Shown piece after piece: positions 1 to 9,121 of a DNA stretch of 64,000 bases (its first letter is position 1; each line of letters starts with the position of its first letter). The position numbers were made by a program, and so were the translations under genes. The stretch comes from Bacillota bacterium (GTDB taxonomy: Bacteria > Bacillota > Clostridia > Oscillospirales > Oscillospiraceae): contig JAQXVF010000009.1 in assembly GCA_029224785.1 (NCBI GenBank), positions 10,314-74,313 on the forward strand, given 5' to 3'. Under the pieces are notes generated by a model that was given only the letters and a program-made list of their open reading frames with translations, was not told where the DNA came from and ran no database searches.

Positions 1-1561
1 CACGCTGGATTCTGGATTCCGTAACGGAATCCAGCGCGGAGGTAGCCTCGTCCAGGATCAGGATCGGCGGATTTTTCAGGAAGATCCGGGCAATGGCGAT
101 CCGCTGCTTCTGACCGCCGGACAGGAGCGTACCGCGTTCACCCACATAGCTGTCAAAGCCATGGGGCATTGCCATGATATCGTCGTAAATCTCGGCCTTT
201 TTCGCCGCCTCGATCACCTGCTCCCGGGTAGCATCCGGTGCACCGTAGCGGATGTTTTCGAAAATCGTATCGGCAAACAGGAACACATCCTGCTGAACAA
301 TGCCAATGTTCTGGTGAATGGACTTCTGTGTCACCTGCCGGATATCCTTTCCGTCAATGGAAATAGATCCGGAGGAAACATCGTAGAACCGGGGAATGAG
401 CTGGCACAGAGTGCTCTTTCCGCCGCCGGAGGGACCGACAATGGCAACTGTCTCTCCCGGATGGACGTGAAGGCTCACATCGTTGAGAACCGGAAGATCG
501 CCGTCATAGGTGAAGCAGACGTGATCCACGCAGATCTCCCCCTTCACATCCTTCAGGTCTTCCGCACCGGGTTTGTCCGTAACGGTAGGCTCCATCCGCA
601 TCACGGATACAAAGCGGTTCAGGCCGGCAAAGCCGTTGGCAAACATCTCCGAAAAGGAAGCCAGCTTACGCATTGGGCTGACAAATGTGCCGATGTACAG
701 GCTGAAGGTCACAAGATCCCGGTAATCCAGTCTGTTTTTCATAATCATATATCCGCCGACGCCGATGACAACCACGTTCAGGCTGCTGAGGAACAGCTCC
801 ATGCAGGAGGAGAACTTGCCCATGGCCTTGTGAAATTCCCGCTTGGAGGTCTTGAAAACGTTGTTTGCCGCTGTAAAACGGGCGGACTCTACTTCCTCAT
901 TGGCAAACGCCTTTGCCGTGCGGATACCGGACAGGCTGGACTCGATCTCCGAATTGATATGGCCTGTTTTCTGTTTCACTGTCTCGGAAACCCGGGACAT
1001 GGTGTTGCGCATGGAAATGATCACAATGAGGAAAATCGGGATCAGAATGCCCACAATCAGGGCAAGCTGCCAGCAGATCCGTCCCATCACCGCAAGGGCG
1101 CCCACGATGGTTACCGCCGAGGTCAGCAGATCCTCCGGTCCGTGGTGGGCAAGCTCCGTCAGCTCAAACAGGTCAGAGGTGAGTCTGCTCATAAGCTGGC
1201 CGGTCCGGTTTCTGTCATAGAAATCGAAACTCATCTCCTGCAGATGCCGGAACAGGTCTGCCCGGATGTCCGCCTCCACCCGAATGCCGAAGGTATGCCC
1301 GTAGTAGGTCACCAGAAACGTCAGTCCTGCCCGAAGAATGTAAGCAAGCAGGAACGCAATGATTACGGTAAAGAAGGTTCGGTACATCTGATTGGGCAGC
1401 ATGGTGTACAGAGCGTTCCGGGTCACCAGGGGAAAGGAAAGATCCACGGCAGCCACCAGCACGGAGCATCCGATATCCAGCAGGAACAGCTTCCAATGTC
1501 GTTTGAAATAACTCAGGAAAATCGCAAGAGGCGATTTCGCCTGATACTCTTTCGTCGTCAT
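1..1561 (-). CDS. ABC exporter, fused permease/ATP-binding protein (MsbA/MdlB-like); C-terminus runs off the window
   Basis: Reverse frame is missing from the ORF track because it is edge-truncated. ATG at 1561 (MTTKEYQAKSPLAIFLSYFKRHWKLF...) follows GGGAGG by 9 nt. Reverse translation of about 1..250 gives ...GERGTLLSGGQKQRIAIARIFLKNPPILILDEATSALD (ABC signature plus Walker B). The + ORF 161..1681 is its antisense shadow. Confidence 0.85.
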   Translation of the reverse strand, partial: MTTKEYQAKSPLAIFLSYFKRHWKLFLLDIGCSVLVAAVDLSFPLVTRNALYTMLPNQMYRTFFTVIIAFLLAYILRAGLTFLVTYYGHTFGIRVEADIRADLFRHLQEMSFDFYDRNRTGQLMSRLTSDLFELTELAHHGPEDLLTSAVTIVGALAVMGRICWQLALIVGILIPIFLIVIISMRNTMSRVSETVKQKTGHINSEIESSLSGIRTAKAFANEEVESARFTAANNVFKTSKREFHKAMGKFSSCMELFLSSLNVVVIGVGGYMIMKNRLDYRDLVTFSLYIGTFVSPMRKLASFSEMFANGFAGLNRFVSVMRMEPTVTDKPGAEDLKDVKGEICVDHVCFTYDGDLPVLNDVSLHVHPGETVAIVGPSGGGKSTLCQLIPRFYDVSSGSISIDGKDIRQVTQKSIHQNIGIVQQDVFLFADTIFENIRYGAPDATREQVIEAAKKAEIYDDIMAMPHGFDSYVGERGTLLSGGQKQRIAIARIFLKNPPILILDEATSALDSVTESRIQR

Positions 1562-1654
1562 ATATATTCGCCTCCCGGGTATCTATTATACAGCCCGGAT
1601 CCAATGGTTGCAAGCGCAACGGTTCAGAAAAAACGGTGTTTTTTGGGGATTCTT

Positions 1655-1684
1655 TTGGACAAAAAGATGAAAACATGGTAAAAT
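1655..1684 (+). promoter_or_regulatory. sigmaA-type promoter candidate for the pseudouridine synthase gene
   Basis: TTGGAC (1655-1660), 18 nt spacer, TAAAAT (1679-1684), with TG two nt upstream of the -10 (extended -10). Confidence 0.4.
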
Positions 1685-1770
1685 ACCCATGTCATCCGGT
1701 CCCGAATCCGTCCTTTTCCGCATCCCTTCGGATCCGGTGCGCTCAAGAATCATTTCAAGGGAGTGTTTTT

Positions 1771-2373
1771 GTGGAAATACTGTATCAGGATGCCAGGGTT
1801 GCCGTCTGCATCAAGCCAACCGGCTTGGATTCGGAGAAGGATGTGCCGCAGGCGCTGAAGGCACAGCTCGGCGGAGAGTTTTTTACCGTTCACCGGCTTG
1901 ACCGGAATGTCTCCGGTGTGATGGTCTACGCCAGAAGCAGCCCTTCCGCCGCCGAGCTGTCCCGTTCCATTCAAAACGGAGCGTTCCTCAAAGAATACCT
2001 GGCTCTTGTACACGGAAAGCCGGAGGAAACGGGAGATCTTCAGGATCTGCTGTGGAAGGACTCCGCAAAAAACAAAGTCTTTGTGGTAAAATCCCAACGC
2101 AAAGGAGTGAAATCGGCCAGGCTGACCTATCGGGTGCTGGAATATCGGGAGAAGGATACGCTGGTTTTGATCCGCCTGTATACCGGCCGGAGTCATCAGA
2201 TCCGGGTCCAATTCGCCTCCCGGGGCTTCCCCTTGGTAGGCGACCATAAGTACGGTGCCAGAGATGACGTCTCTGCCCCCATGCTGTTTTCTTCTCGGAT
2301 TACCTTTCCGCTGGGAGGACAGATCAGATCCTTCACCGCTTTACCGGAGTGGGCAGAAGGTGTCACGATTTAG
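1771..2373 (+). CDS. RluA-family pseudouridine synthase
   Basis: ORF 1636..2373. Likely start is GTG 1771, after AAGGGAG. Motifs HRLDRNVSGVMVYA and TGRSHQIRVQFA are typical of the RluA/RluD catalytic core. Confidence 0.85.
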   Translation: MEILYQDARVAVCIKPTGLDSEKDVPQALKAQLGGEFFTVHRLDRNVSGVMVYARSSPSAAELSRSIQNGAFLKEYLALVHGKPEETGDLQDLLWKDSAKNKVFVVKSQRKGVKSARLTYRVLEYREKDTLVLIRLYTGRSHQIRVQFASRGFPLVGDHKYGARDDVSAPMLFSSRITFPLGGQIRSFTALPEWAEGVTI

Positions 2374-3377
2374 TCATTCTTCCATGCATCCGGAAGCATC
2401 TTCCAGGTCTCCTCAAATCCGTTTTCGCTGCCTAACGCATCAAACAGACGCTCTTTTCCGAATGCCAGGTCGATTTTTCCCCAGAGACAGCAGCCGATAT
2501 AATAGGTCGGATACTGCTGTACAGGCCGTGTCTCTCCCGTTTTCAGGGATGTGAAAGTGAACGTTTCATACTCCCCTACAAGCTGCCTGACCTGGTCAAA
2601 ATCCATGTCCCTGGCCTTCTCCCCGTCTGACAGTGCCCTGCAGATCAGTTCCCGGTGCTGCTCCTCGAAAAAAGCCCAGCTTGGCTCATCCACGCAGAAG
2701 CTGCTTCCCGGATATTTGCCGGGCTTGCCGATGGTGGATGCGTTGTTGCAAAAATGCATCGCAAGGCCCTCAAAGGCGAAATTTGCGAAAAAATACTGCT
2801 GGGGCGTCATATTCTCCGGAAGCAGCGACGGAAACAGAATATGATGGATCTCATGCGCAAGTACGTGGAGAAAAGCCTCCCGATCCCCCAGCAAATCCAG
2901 GTTAGCAACATCGAAATGGACATAGTTTCCGTAGGGCCAGCCCATGGAATTTCCGATGGAGATGGTAAACAGGATGGTGATCTGCTCCACAGAGTCAAAT
3001 ACGGCACTGGGAAGCGCATTCTTCAGAAGAGACTGCACCAGCGCAATGTCGTCATCGGTGATGGCATCCAAAACGGAAAGCTGTTCCAGCCTGTGGTCCA
3101 AATCCCGGTAGAATTCCAAGAACGATGCCTTTTTGTACTCCAGACGGGGATTGTCAAAGGATTTCTCATCAAAATGCAGGAAAAAATCCACGGATTCTTC
3201 TGGTGTAATGCCGCAGGTAGGCAGATTCGGATCCCCATATCGGGCATACTCCACCTGATAATCCGGAAGGGACAGAATTCGGCGAAGCTCCGCCTCGTCC
3301 CGGGCACCGGTATCCCTGGCGGATTGCTGCCATGAAGCCATCTGGAGCACCGTGCTTTTCCTGATTTTGATTTTCAT
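2370..3377 (-). CDS. putative zinc metallopeptidase-like protein (HEXXH motif, DUF2268-like); function unknown
   Basis: 335-aa ORF with AGGAGG before the ATG. Contains LAHEIHHILF (HEXXH). I recognise no other family signature. Confidence 0.6.
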   Translation of the reverse strand: MKIKIRKSTVLQMASWQQSARDTGARDEAELRRILSLPDYQVEYARYGDPNLPTCGITPEESVDFFLHFDEKSFDNPRLEYKKASFLEFYRDLDHRLEQLSVLDAITDDDIALVQSLLKNALPSAVFDSVEQITILFTISIGNSMGWPYGNYVHFDVANLDLLGDREAFLHVLAHEIHHILFPSLLPENMTPQQYFFANFAFEGLAMHFCNNASTIGKPGKYPGSSFCVDEPSWAFFEEQHRELICRALSDGEKARDMDFDQVRQLVGEYETFTFTSLKTGETRPVQQYPTYYIGCCLWGKIDLAFGKERLFDALGSENGFEETWKMLPDAWKND

Positions 3378-3439
3378 ATGGTTCCTCCTGATTGCAATAT
3401 AACAGCATAGTTCTAAAACGTTGTTTCAGATTTATCTTT

Positions 3440-3468
3440 ATTGTATTCCCGGAACATTTGCTTGTCAA
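3440..3468 (-). promoter_or_regulatory. sigmaA-type promoter candidate for the HEXXH gene
   Basis: On the minus strand: TTGACA (3468-3463), 17 nt spacer, TACAAT (3445-3440). Confidence 0.5.
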
Positions 3469-3472
3469 GTTG

Positions 3473-3515
3473 AAAAAACGGCGGCAAGGATCTTCGGATC
3501 CCTGCCGCCGTTTTG
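3473..3515 (-). terminator. Rho-independent terminator downstream of the MATE gene (bidirectional shape)
   Basis: 15-bp stem acggcggcaaggatc / gatccctgccgccgt (one mismatch) with loop ttcg. A-run 3473-3478 gives the U-tract on the minus strand. Confidence 0.75.
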
Positions 3516-3544
3516 TGTATTACATCCACTCGTTCCTGTGGATT

Positions 3545-4942
3545 TCATTGCTTCACCAGATTCTGGATCCACTTGCCCTGCTTGATCATAACTGCACCCA
3601 CAATCACTTTCAGGATATCCATGCTTGAGCAAAGGGCATACATGGGAACAATGGGCATACTGGTTTTTACGCTGAGGAAATAGGCCAGGGGCACGTTGCA
3701 GACCCAGATGAAACAGCTATCAAACAGGAAGGTAACGATGGTCTTTCCGCCGGACCGAAGGGTGAAGTACGCAGCATTGGTGTAGGCGTGGATGCCCATA
3801 AAGCACCCGTTGATACAGATCAGAATGGTTGCCATATGCCGGATCTCGTCTGTGGTATTGTAGATCTTCGGGAACACACCGGACAAAAGGATCAGGATCC
3901 CGCCGCATACCAAACAGGACAAAACAGAAAGGGCGATGAGCTTCCGGTTGGTGTCCACCACCTCTTCCCTGCTCCTGCCCGCACCCAGAAGCCGGCCCAT
4001 GATAATGCCCACCGCATTGCCCATGGACATATACATCACGCTGCACAGGTGATAAATGGTGCTGTTAATGTTCATGGCAGCCACAACCGATAGTCCGCGC
4101 TGGGAATAGCACTGGGTCAGCAGCGCCATGCCGGAGGACCACAGCGCCTCGTTAGCCAGCAGCGGCGTACCCTTGATGATGATCTGCTTCAGCAGAGAAC
4201 CGGGAATATACAGCGAGGAATAGACCCCTTTGATATACCCATTCCGCTCTGAATGGGTGTGCACCCACAGGGCAACGATCAGAAGCTCCACATACCGGGA
4301 GATCACCGTCGCCAGAGCGGCACCTTCCACGCCCATCTTCGGGGCGCCGAAATGGCCGAAGATCAGGATGTAGTTCAGCACCAGGTTCAAAAAGACGGCA
4401 ACAATGCCAGCCGTCATGGGGACCCTGGTCTGCTCGGTTTCCCGGAGAGTACCAGCGTAGGAATTGCACAGAGCAAAGGGCAGCAGTCCGAGAATCATTA
4501 CCCTCAGATAGCGTACTCCGTAATTCAGAGAAGCCGCATTCTCCTCCGGCTTGTTTCCGGCCGACAGAAGGTATAGGTTGATGAGCTTATCGCCAAACAG
4601 CAGAAACACCGTGGATGCAACGGCCACCAGGATCACACAAACCGCCACTTTGAACCGGAAGGTATACCGGATTCCCTGCTGATCGTTGTTCCCGTGGAAC
4701 TGGGCCGTAAAGATACCTGCGCCGGCCACCGCACCGAAGACACAGAGATTGAAAATAAAGACGAACTGATTGGCAATCGAGACGCTGCTCATCTGCAGAG
4801 TGCCCAATCTGCCGATCATGATATTGTCCAACAAGGATACAAAATTGGTGATTCCGTTCTGAATCATGATGGGAACCACAATTCCAAGAACATAGCGGTA
4901 GAACCCGCGGTCTCCCAAATATTTCTTTCGGAGTGTGCTCAT
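3545..4942 (-). CDS. MATE family efflux transporter
   Basis: ORF 3545..4972. Start is probably MSTLRKK at 4942, with AAGGGAG upstream. N-terminus ...VPIMIQNGITNFVSLLDNIMIGRLGT plus 12-TM-like hydrophobicity is typical of MATE/NorM. Confidence 0.85.
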   Translation of the reverse strand: MSTLRKKYLGDRGFYRYVLGIVVPIMIQNGITNFVSLLDNIMIGRLGTLQMSSVSIANQFVFIFNLCVFGAVAGAGIFTAQFHGNNDQQGIRYTFRFKVAVCVILVAVASTVFLLFGDKLINLYLLSAGNKPEENAASLNYGVRYLRVMILGLLPFALCNSYAGTLRETEQTRVPMTAGIVAVFLNLVLNYILIFGHFGAPKMGVEGAALATVISRYVELLIVALWVHTHSERNGYIKGVYSSLYIPGSLLKQIIIKGTPLLANEALWSSGMALLTQCYSQRGLSVVAAMNINSTIYHLCSVMYMSMGNAVGIIMGRLLGAGRSREEVVDTNRKLIALSVLSCLVCGGILILLSGVFPKIYNTTDEIRHMATILICINGCFMGIHAYTNAAYFTLRSGGKTIVTFLFDSCFIWVCNVPLAYFLSVKTSMPIVPMYALCSSMDILKVIVGAVMIKQGKWIQNLVKQ

Positions 4943-5076
4943 AATAAAGAATGCTCCCTTATATCCGTTCATTTTTCACAGCCTTTTTAGGATATCACAG
5001 AAACGGAAAGATTTCAATGTCTTTTTCAGCAACGAGACGTAACATGATTTCTACATAACAGAAAGGAAGAAAACCG

Positions 5077-6081
5077 ATGAAAGCGTTGTTTCTGTTCAGA
5101 CGGCTGATGAAGATGGACTACAGGCGCACCCTGATGGATATCCGGACCTCCGCCCAACGCTCCGGAAGAACGTTTTCGTTCATTGCATGGGATATGTTCC
5201 GCTGCGGTATCCGGTACGGAGCCGGTCCGGTGGACTACACGCTGTTTGCCTTCTACGACAAAACAGAGGACCAGCGGGCAAGCTACGTAACACGGACCAT
5301 CAGCACCCAGTTGGTGCGCACCCTGAACGATGCAGGATACCGGCAGTTCCTGGACAGCAAGAGCCTACAGTGCCGGAAATTCTCTCCCTTCATGAAACGG
5401 GACTGGATGTGCACTTCCTATATGAATCCGGCATCCTTTGCCCGATTCTGTCAAGGTAAGCAGGCATTCCTCTACAAACCGGACACAGGCTCCTGCGGAA
5501 AGGGAATCCGGAAGTATTTGCCAGCCCAGGATAATCTGCCCCGGCTGTTTGAGGAGATCGCTTCCCTGCCGGCAGGGGTGCTGGAGGAAGTGATCTGTCA
5601 GCACACCGCACTTTCCGAGCTGAATCCTGGCTGTGTCAATACGGTGCGTCTGGTGACCATCCTTCAAAACGGGGTGTACACTCCCGTCTGTGCCGTTCTT
5701 CGCATGGGAAGGTCCGGAAACATTGTGGACAACCTGAACAGCGGCGGCATTGCTGCCCGTATCGACCTGCAGACTGGTCTTGTCTCCGGCCCTGCTGCAG
5801 ATAAAGCGGGAAATCTGTACGAATGCCATCCGGATTCAGGGATTACCGTAGACGGCTTTCAGATCCCTCTCTGGGATCAGGTGCTATCCCTTGGAAAAGC
5901 ACTGAGTCAGACCCTGCCACAGATGAAATATGTAGGCTGGGATATTGCCATCCGGCAGGAAGATGTGATTTTTGTGGAGGGGAACTGGCTTCCCGGTCAT
6001 GACATTATGCAGCTTCCCGCCTTCTGCGCCGACGGATACGGCATTCTGCCCGCCATACGAAAAGCGATTTCCGCTGCATAG
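5077..6081 (+). CDS. ATP-grasp domain protein (sugar-transfer-associated ATP-grasp / alpha-L-glutamate-ligase-related family)
   Basis: 334 aa, AGGAAG 7 nt before the ATG. Motifs KPDTGSCGKGI, NTVRLVT, DNLNSGGIAA, YVGWDIA, EGNWLPGHD. Clear paralog of 41689..42711. Confidence 0.7.
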   Translation: MKALFLFRRLMKMDYRRTLMDIRTSAQRSGRTFSFIAWDMFRCGIRYGAGPVDYTLFAFYDKTEDQRASYVTRTISTQLVRTLNDAGYRQFLDSKSLQCRKFSPFMKRDWMCTSYMNPASFARFCQGKQAFLYKPDTGSCGKGIRKYLPAQDNLPRLFEEIASLPAGVLEEVICQHTALSELNPGCVNTVRLVTILQNGVYTPVCAVLRMGRSGNIVDNLNSGGIAARIDLQTGLVSGPAADKAGNLYECHPDSGITVDGFQIPLWDQVLSLGKALSQTLPQMKYVGWDIAIRQEDVIFVEGNWLPGHDIMQLPAFCADGYGILPAIRKAISAA

Positions 6082-6120
6082 AGCATCGGAAATTGTACAA
6101 ACCCATCTTGATCCAGACAG

Positions 6121-6150
6121 AGCCTGCTTTTTCAGCAGGTTCTGTTTTTT
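6121..6150 (+). terminator. Rho-independent terminator candidate after the ATP-grasp gene
   Basis: Stem cctgct / agcagg (extendable), loop ttttc, then tctgtttttt. An alternative 10-bp hairpin gcaggttctg / cagaacctgc (6135-6164) overlaps it. Confidence 0.55.
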
Positions 6151-6209
6151 CCTGCAGAACCTGCGGGAAAAGGATTGTACACCGCCCCTTTCTGTGCTAT
6201 ACTGGAGGC

Positions 6210-6914
6210 ATGGATGGAAAGGAGGCGGTGTTTTTGGAACAATCCCTCTATGTGATGATCTCCTCCACCGGCTCCGGTATGGGAAAGACGATCCAAAAAG
6301 TGACAGGGTTTCCCTATAATCATGTCTCACTGTCCCTGGACAACCGGCTTCAGGAATGGATCTCCTTTGCCCGCCTGAACATTTCCGCGCCCCTGGCAGG
6401 CGGACTGGTGGAGGAATCCTCCGGACGATTCGCTACCATCGGAAAAACCATACCGGTACGGATCTTCCGGATTCCACTTTCTCAGGAGGAGTATGCTTCC
6501 CTGCAGGACTTCCGGGACGGGATCCTTTCTGACAGGGAGAAGCTGACCTACAACAGCTTCGATGCAGCCGCCTCCGCCCTTGGCCTCCGGTTTCCTGTCA
6601 AGGGTGCCTACACCTGTCTGGCGTTTGCAAATGCCGTTCTTCACACTCGTTTTTTCTCCATTTCCGAGCTAAATGACGGGCTGTCCCGTTTTCTCATGTA
6701 TGAAGGGGTCTTTTTCCGGCTGGTTTCACCGGAAACGCCGCCGAAAGAAGCGTATCTGACGCCCTGGAGCAAGGGACGCGCTGTTGTCTCCACAGTCCGG
6801 CATTTTGTGTTTCTTCTCTGCCGGGTCATTGCACCCGGACGGTTTTCGGACCCAATCTGCACCCGGTGCGATGCGCTCCCCCCGCTGCTTTCGGAACGGG
6901 AGGCAACGGGATGA
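6210..6914 (+). CDS. hypothetical protein (possible permuted papain-like / LRAT-like fold: conserved-looking His then Cys)
   Basis: ORF 6093..6914. ATG 6210 sits too close to GGAGG; TTG 6234, 8 nt after AAAGGAGG, is an alternative start. Contains PYNHVSLSLD and AYTCLAFANAV. Its stop overlaps the next gene's ATG (ATGA). Confidence 0.55.
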   Translation: MDGKEAVFLEQSLYVMISSTGSGMGKTIQKVTGFPYNHVSLSLDNRLQEWISFARLNISAPLAGGLVEESSGRFATIGKTIPVRIFRIPLSQEEYASLQDFRDGILSDREKLTYNSFDAAASALGLRFPVKGAYTCLAFANAVLHTRFFSISELNDGLSRFLMYEGVFFRLVSPETPPKEAYLTPWSKGRAVVSTVRHFVFLLCRVIAPGRFSDPICTRCDALPPLLSEREATG

Positions 6915-7777
6915 AATACCGCACCGCCAACGAATACTACCGGGAGAAATTCGGGTGCAAAATCTACCGGCTGTCCATTGATGCCGGCTTCACCTGCCCC
7001 AACCGGGACGGCACGCTGGGTGTGGGAGGTTGCATTTTCTGTGATGGCAGCGGGGCTTTCTCCGGCCGGGGGGAGACTGTAACGGAGCAGCTTTCCCGCG
7101 CACGGGCATTGGTCTCCGCAAAAAACAAAGGTGGGAAATATATCGCCTACTTTCAGGCGTTTACCAACACCTACGCACCCTGTGAAAAGCTGCGGGAGCT
7201 GTACGAACAGGCCATCGCACCCGAGGATATCGTAGGGCTCGCCATCGGCACCCGACCGGACTGTCTGGGAGACGATGTGTTGGCGCTGCTGGCGGAGATT
7301 AACCGGATCAAACCGGTGGCTGTGGAGCTGGGACTTCAGACCTGCCACGAGAAAACGGCGGTGTATATCCGCCGGGGGTATCCCTTCTCCGTATATGAAG
7401 ACGCCGTCCGGCGGCTGAAGCAAAACGGCATTGAGGTCATCACCCACATTATCATCGGGCTTCCCGGAGAAACCCCTCAAATGGCTGCACAAACCACTCA
7501 GGCGGCCGTATCCGCCGGCACGGATGGGGTGAAGTTCCATATGCTCCATGTTCTGCGGGGAACAGATCTGGAGAAGGCCTACCTTCGGGGAGATTTCCGA
7601 TGTATGACCCTGGAGGAATACGGCAAGGCTCTTGAATGCTGCCTTCGGCAGCTTCCCCCGCATATTGTGGTTCACCGGATCACCGGAGACGGCGCGAAAA
7701 AAGATCTGGTCGCTCCCCTCTGGTCCGGAAATAAAAAGCGTGTCCTGAATTACCTGAATCGTCTGCTGCATTCATGA
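6911..7777 (+). CDS. TIGR01212-family radical SAM protein (YhcC/YtqA-like)
   Basis: Start MKYRTANEYY at 6911 after GGGAGG. Motifs FTCPNRDGTLGVGGCIFC (radical SAM Cys cluster) and GLQT...IIGLPGE. Confidence 0.85.
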   Translation: MKYRTANEYYREKFGCKIYRLSIDAGFTCPNRDGTLGVGGCIFCDGSGAFSGRGETVTEQLSRARALVSAKNKGGKYIAYFQAFTNTYAPCEKLRELYEQAIAPEDIVGLAIGTRPDCLGDDVLALLAEINRIKPVAVELGLQTCHEKTAVYIRRGYPFSVYEDAVRRLKQNGIEVITHIIIGLPGETPQMAAQTTQAAVSAGTDGVKFHMLHVLRGTDLEKAYLRGDFRCMTLEEYGKALECCLRQLPPHIVVHRITGDGAKKDLVAPLWSGNKKRVLNYLNRLLHS

Positions 7778-7790
7778 ACGGAGGATCCAA

Positions 7791-9107
7791 ATGAAACTCG
7801 ACAAAAAACACACCATTCTGATCGGCTTTGCCTTTCTGTCCATCTGCGCGTTCTGGCAGATGTACGACAATCTGATCCCGCTGATTCTGACCCATACATT
7901 CCACATCAGCGAGACGGCATCCGGTGTTGTTATGGCTGCGGATAACGTGCTTGCCCTGTTCCTCCTGCCCCTGTTCGGAGGAATCTCCGACCGCTGCACC
8001 AGCAGACTGGGACGTCGGAAACCCTTCATTCTGGTGGGAACTCTTGTATCCGTAACGCTGATGATGCTGCTTCCCATCCTCAGCGACAGCTACCGTTCCG
8101 CCCCCGCCGCCGGAAAGCTGACGGCCTTCATCGTGATCCTTGGAATGCTGCTGATCTCCATGGGCACCTACCGGAGCCCTGCCGTTGCCCTGATGCCGGA
8201 TGTGACGCCAAAGCCTCTGCGGAGCAAGGGCAATGCCGTGATCAATCTGATGGGAGCTATCGGCAGCATTCTGTACTTGCTGGCAGCAAAGATCCTCTAC
8301 GATTCCGCCGACGCAAATGCCAGTTTTCTTCCTCTTTTCGCCGTCACCGGCGGGTGTATGCTGGTCGCTCTGGCGATCCTCATGCTGTTTGTGGACGAGC
8401 CCAAGCTGGTCAAAAAGCAGCAGGAATATGAGCATGCAAATCCGGAGCCCTTGACCGCTGAAGTGGAAGGGCCCTCCGGATCTCTCCCCAGGGAGGTTAA
8501 GCGGAGTCTTGCATTCCTCCTGATTTCCATTTCCCTTTGGTTTATCGGCTATAACGGTGTTTCCACGTGGTTTACGGTCTATGCCCAGAAAATGTGGAAT
8601 ATGAGCGTGGGAAAAGCCTCCATGTGTCTGACCATCGCAACCGGTGGAGCCATCGTCAGCTATCTTCCCGTCGGTGCGGTTGCCAGCCGGGTTGGACGGA
8701 GACGTACCATTCAATTCGGAACGATTCTCCTTTCCGCCAGTTTCCTGACCGCGTTTCTGTATACGCTGGCATTCGATTCCTTCTCTCCCATCCTCTACGT
8801 ACTGTTTCTGATGGTGGGTGTGGCTTGGGCATCTATCAACGTCAACAGCCTCCCCATGGTAGTGGAGATGTGCAAGGGCAGCGAAGTGGGACGGTTTACC
8901 GGTCTCTACTACACATTCAGCATGGCTGCCCAGATCGTAACACCCATTGTCGCCGGCTTCCTGCTGCAGAATCTGAGCTACAAAGCCCTGTTCCCCTATG
9001 CGGCTCTCTTTGTGGGCGCTTCCGCCGTCACCATCTCTTTTGTCAAGCACGGTGACAGCAGAATCACCCCGAAACGGGGCATTGAGATTTTCGATACGGA
9101 CGACTGA
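7791..9107 (+). CDS. MFS transporter (GPH/SLC45-like)
   Basis: 438 aa with GGAGG 6 nt upstream. 12-TM pattern. GGISDRCTSRLGRRKPF loop motif typical of MFS/GPH-type carriers. Confidence 0.8.
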   Translation: MKLDKKHTILIGFAFLSICAFWQMYDNLIPLILTHTFHISETASGVVMAADNVLALFLLPLFGGISDRCTSRLGRRKPFILVGTLVSVTLMMLLPILSDSYRSAPAAGKLTAFIVILGMLLISMGTYRSPAVALMPDVTPKPLRSKGNAVINLMGAIGSILYLLAAKILYDSADANASFLPLFAVTGGCMLVALAILMLFVDEPKLVKKQQEYEHANPEPLTAEVEGPSGSLPREVKRSLAFLLISISLWFIGYNGVSTWFTVYAQKMWNMSVGKASMCLTIATGGAIVSYLPVGAVASRVGRRRTIQFGTILLSASFLTAFLYTLAFDSFSPILYVLFLMVGVAWASINVNSLPMVVEMCKGSEVGRFTGLYYTFSMAAQIVTPIVAGFLLQNLSYKALFPYAALFVGASAVTISFVKHGDSRITPKRGIEIFDTDD

Positions 9108-9121
9108 TTGAGGTCTTTTCC

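Noticed and set aside
161-1681. 506-aa + strand ORF (MGHCHDIVVNLGLF...) covering the first 1.6 kb
   Set aside because: It is the antisense shadow of a clearly recognisable ABC exporter on the minus strand (Walker B, signature motif, good RBS at 1561). Its composition is His/Gly/Arg-rich nonsense and it has no RBS.
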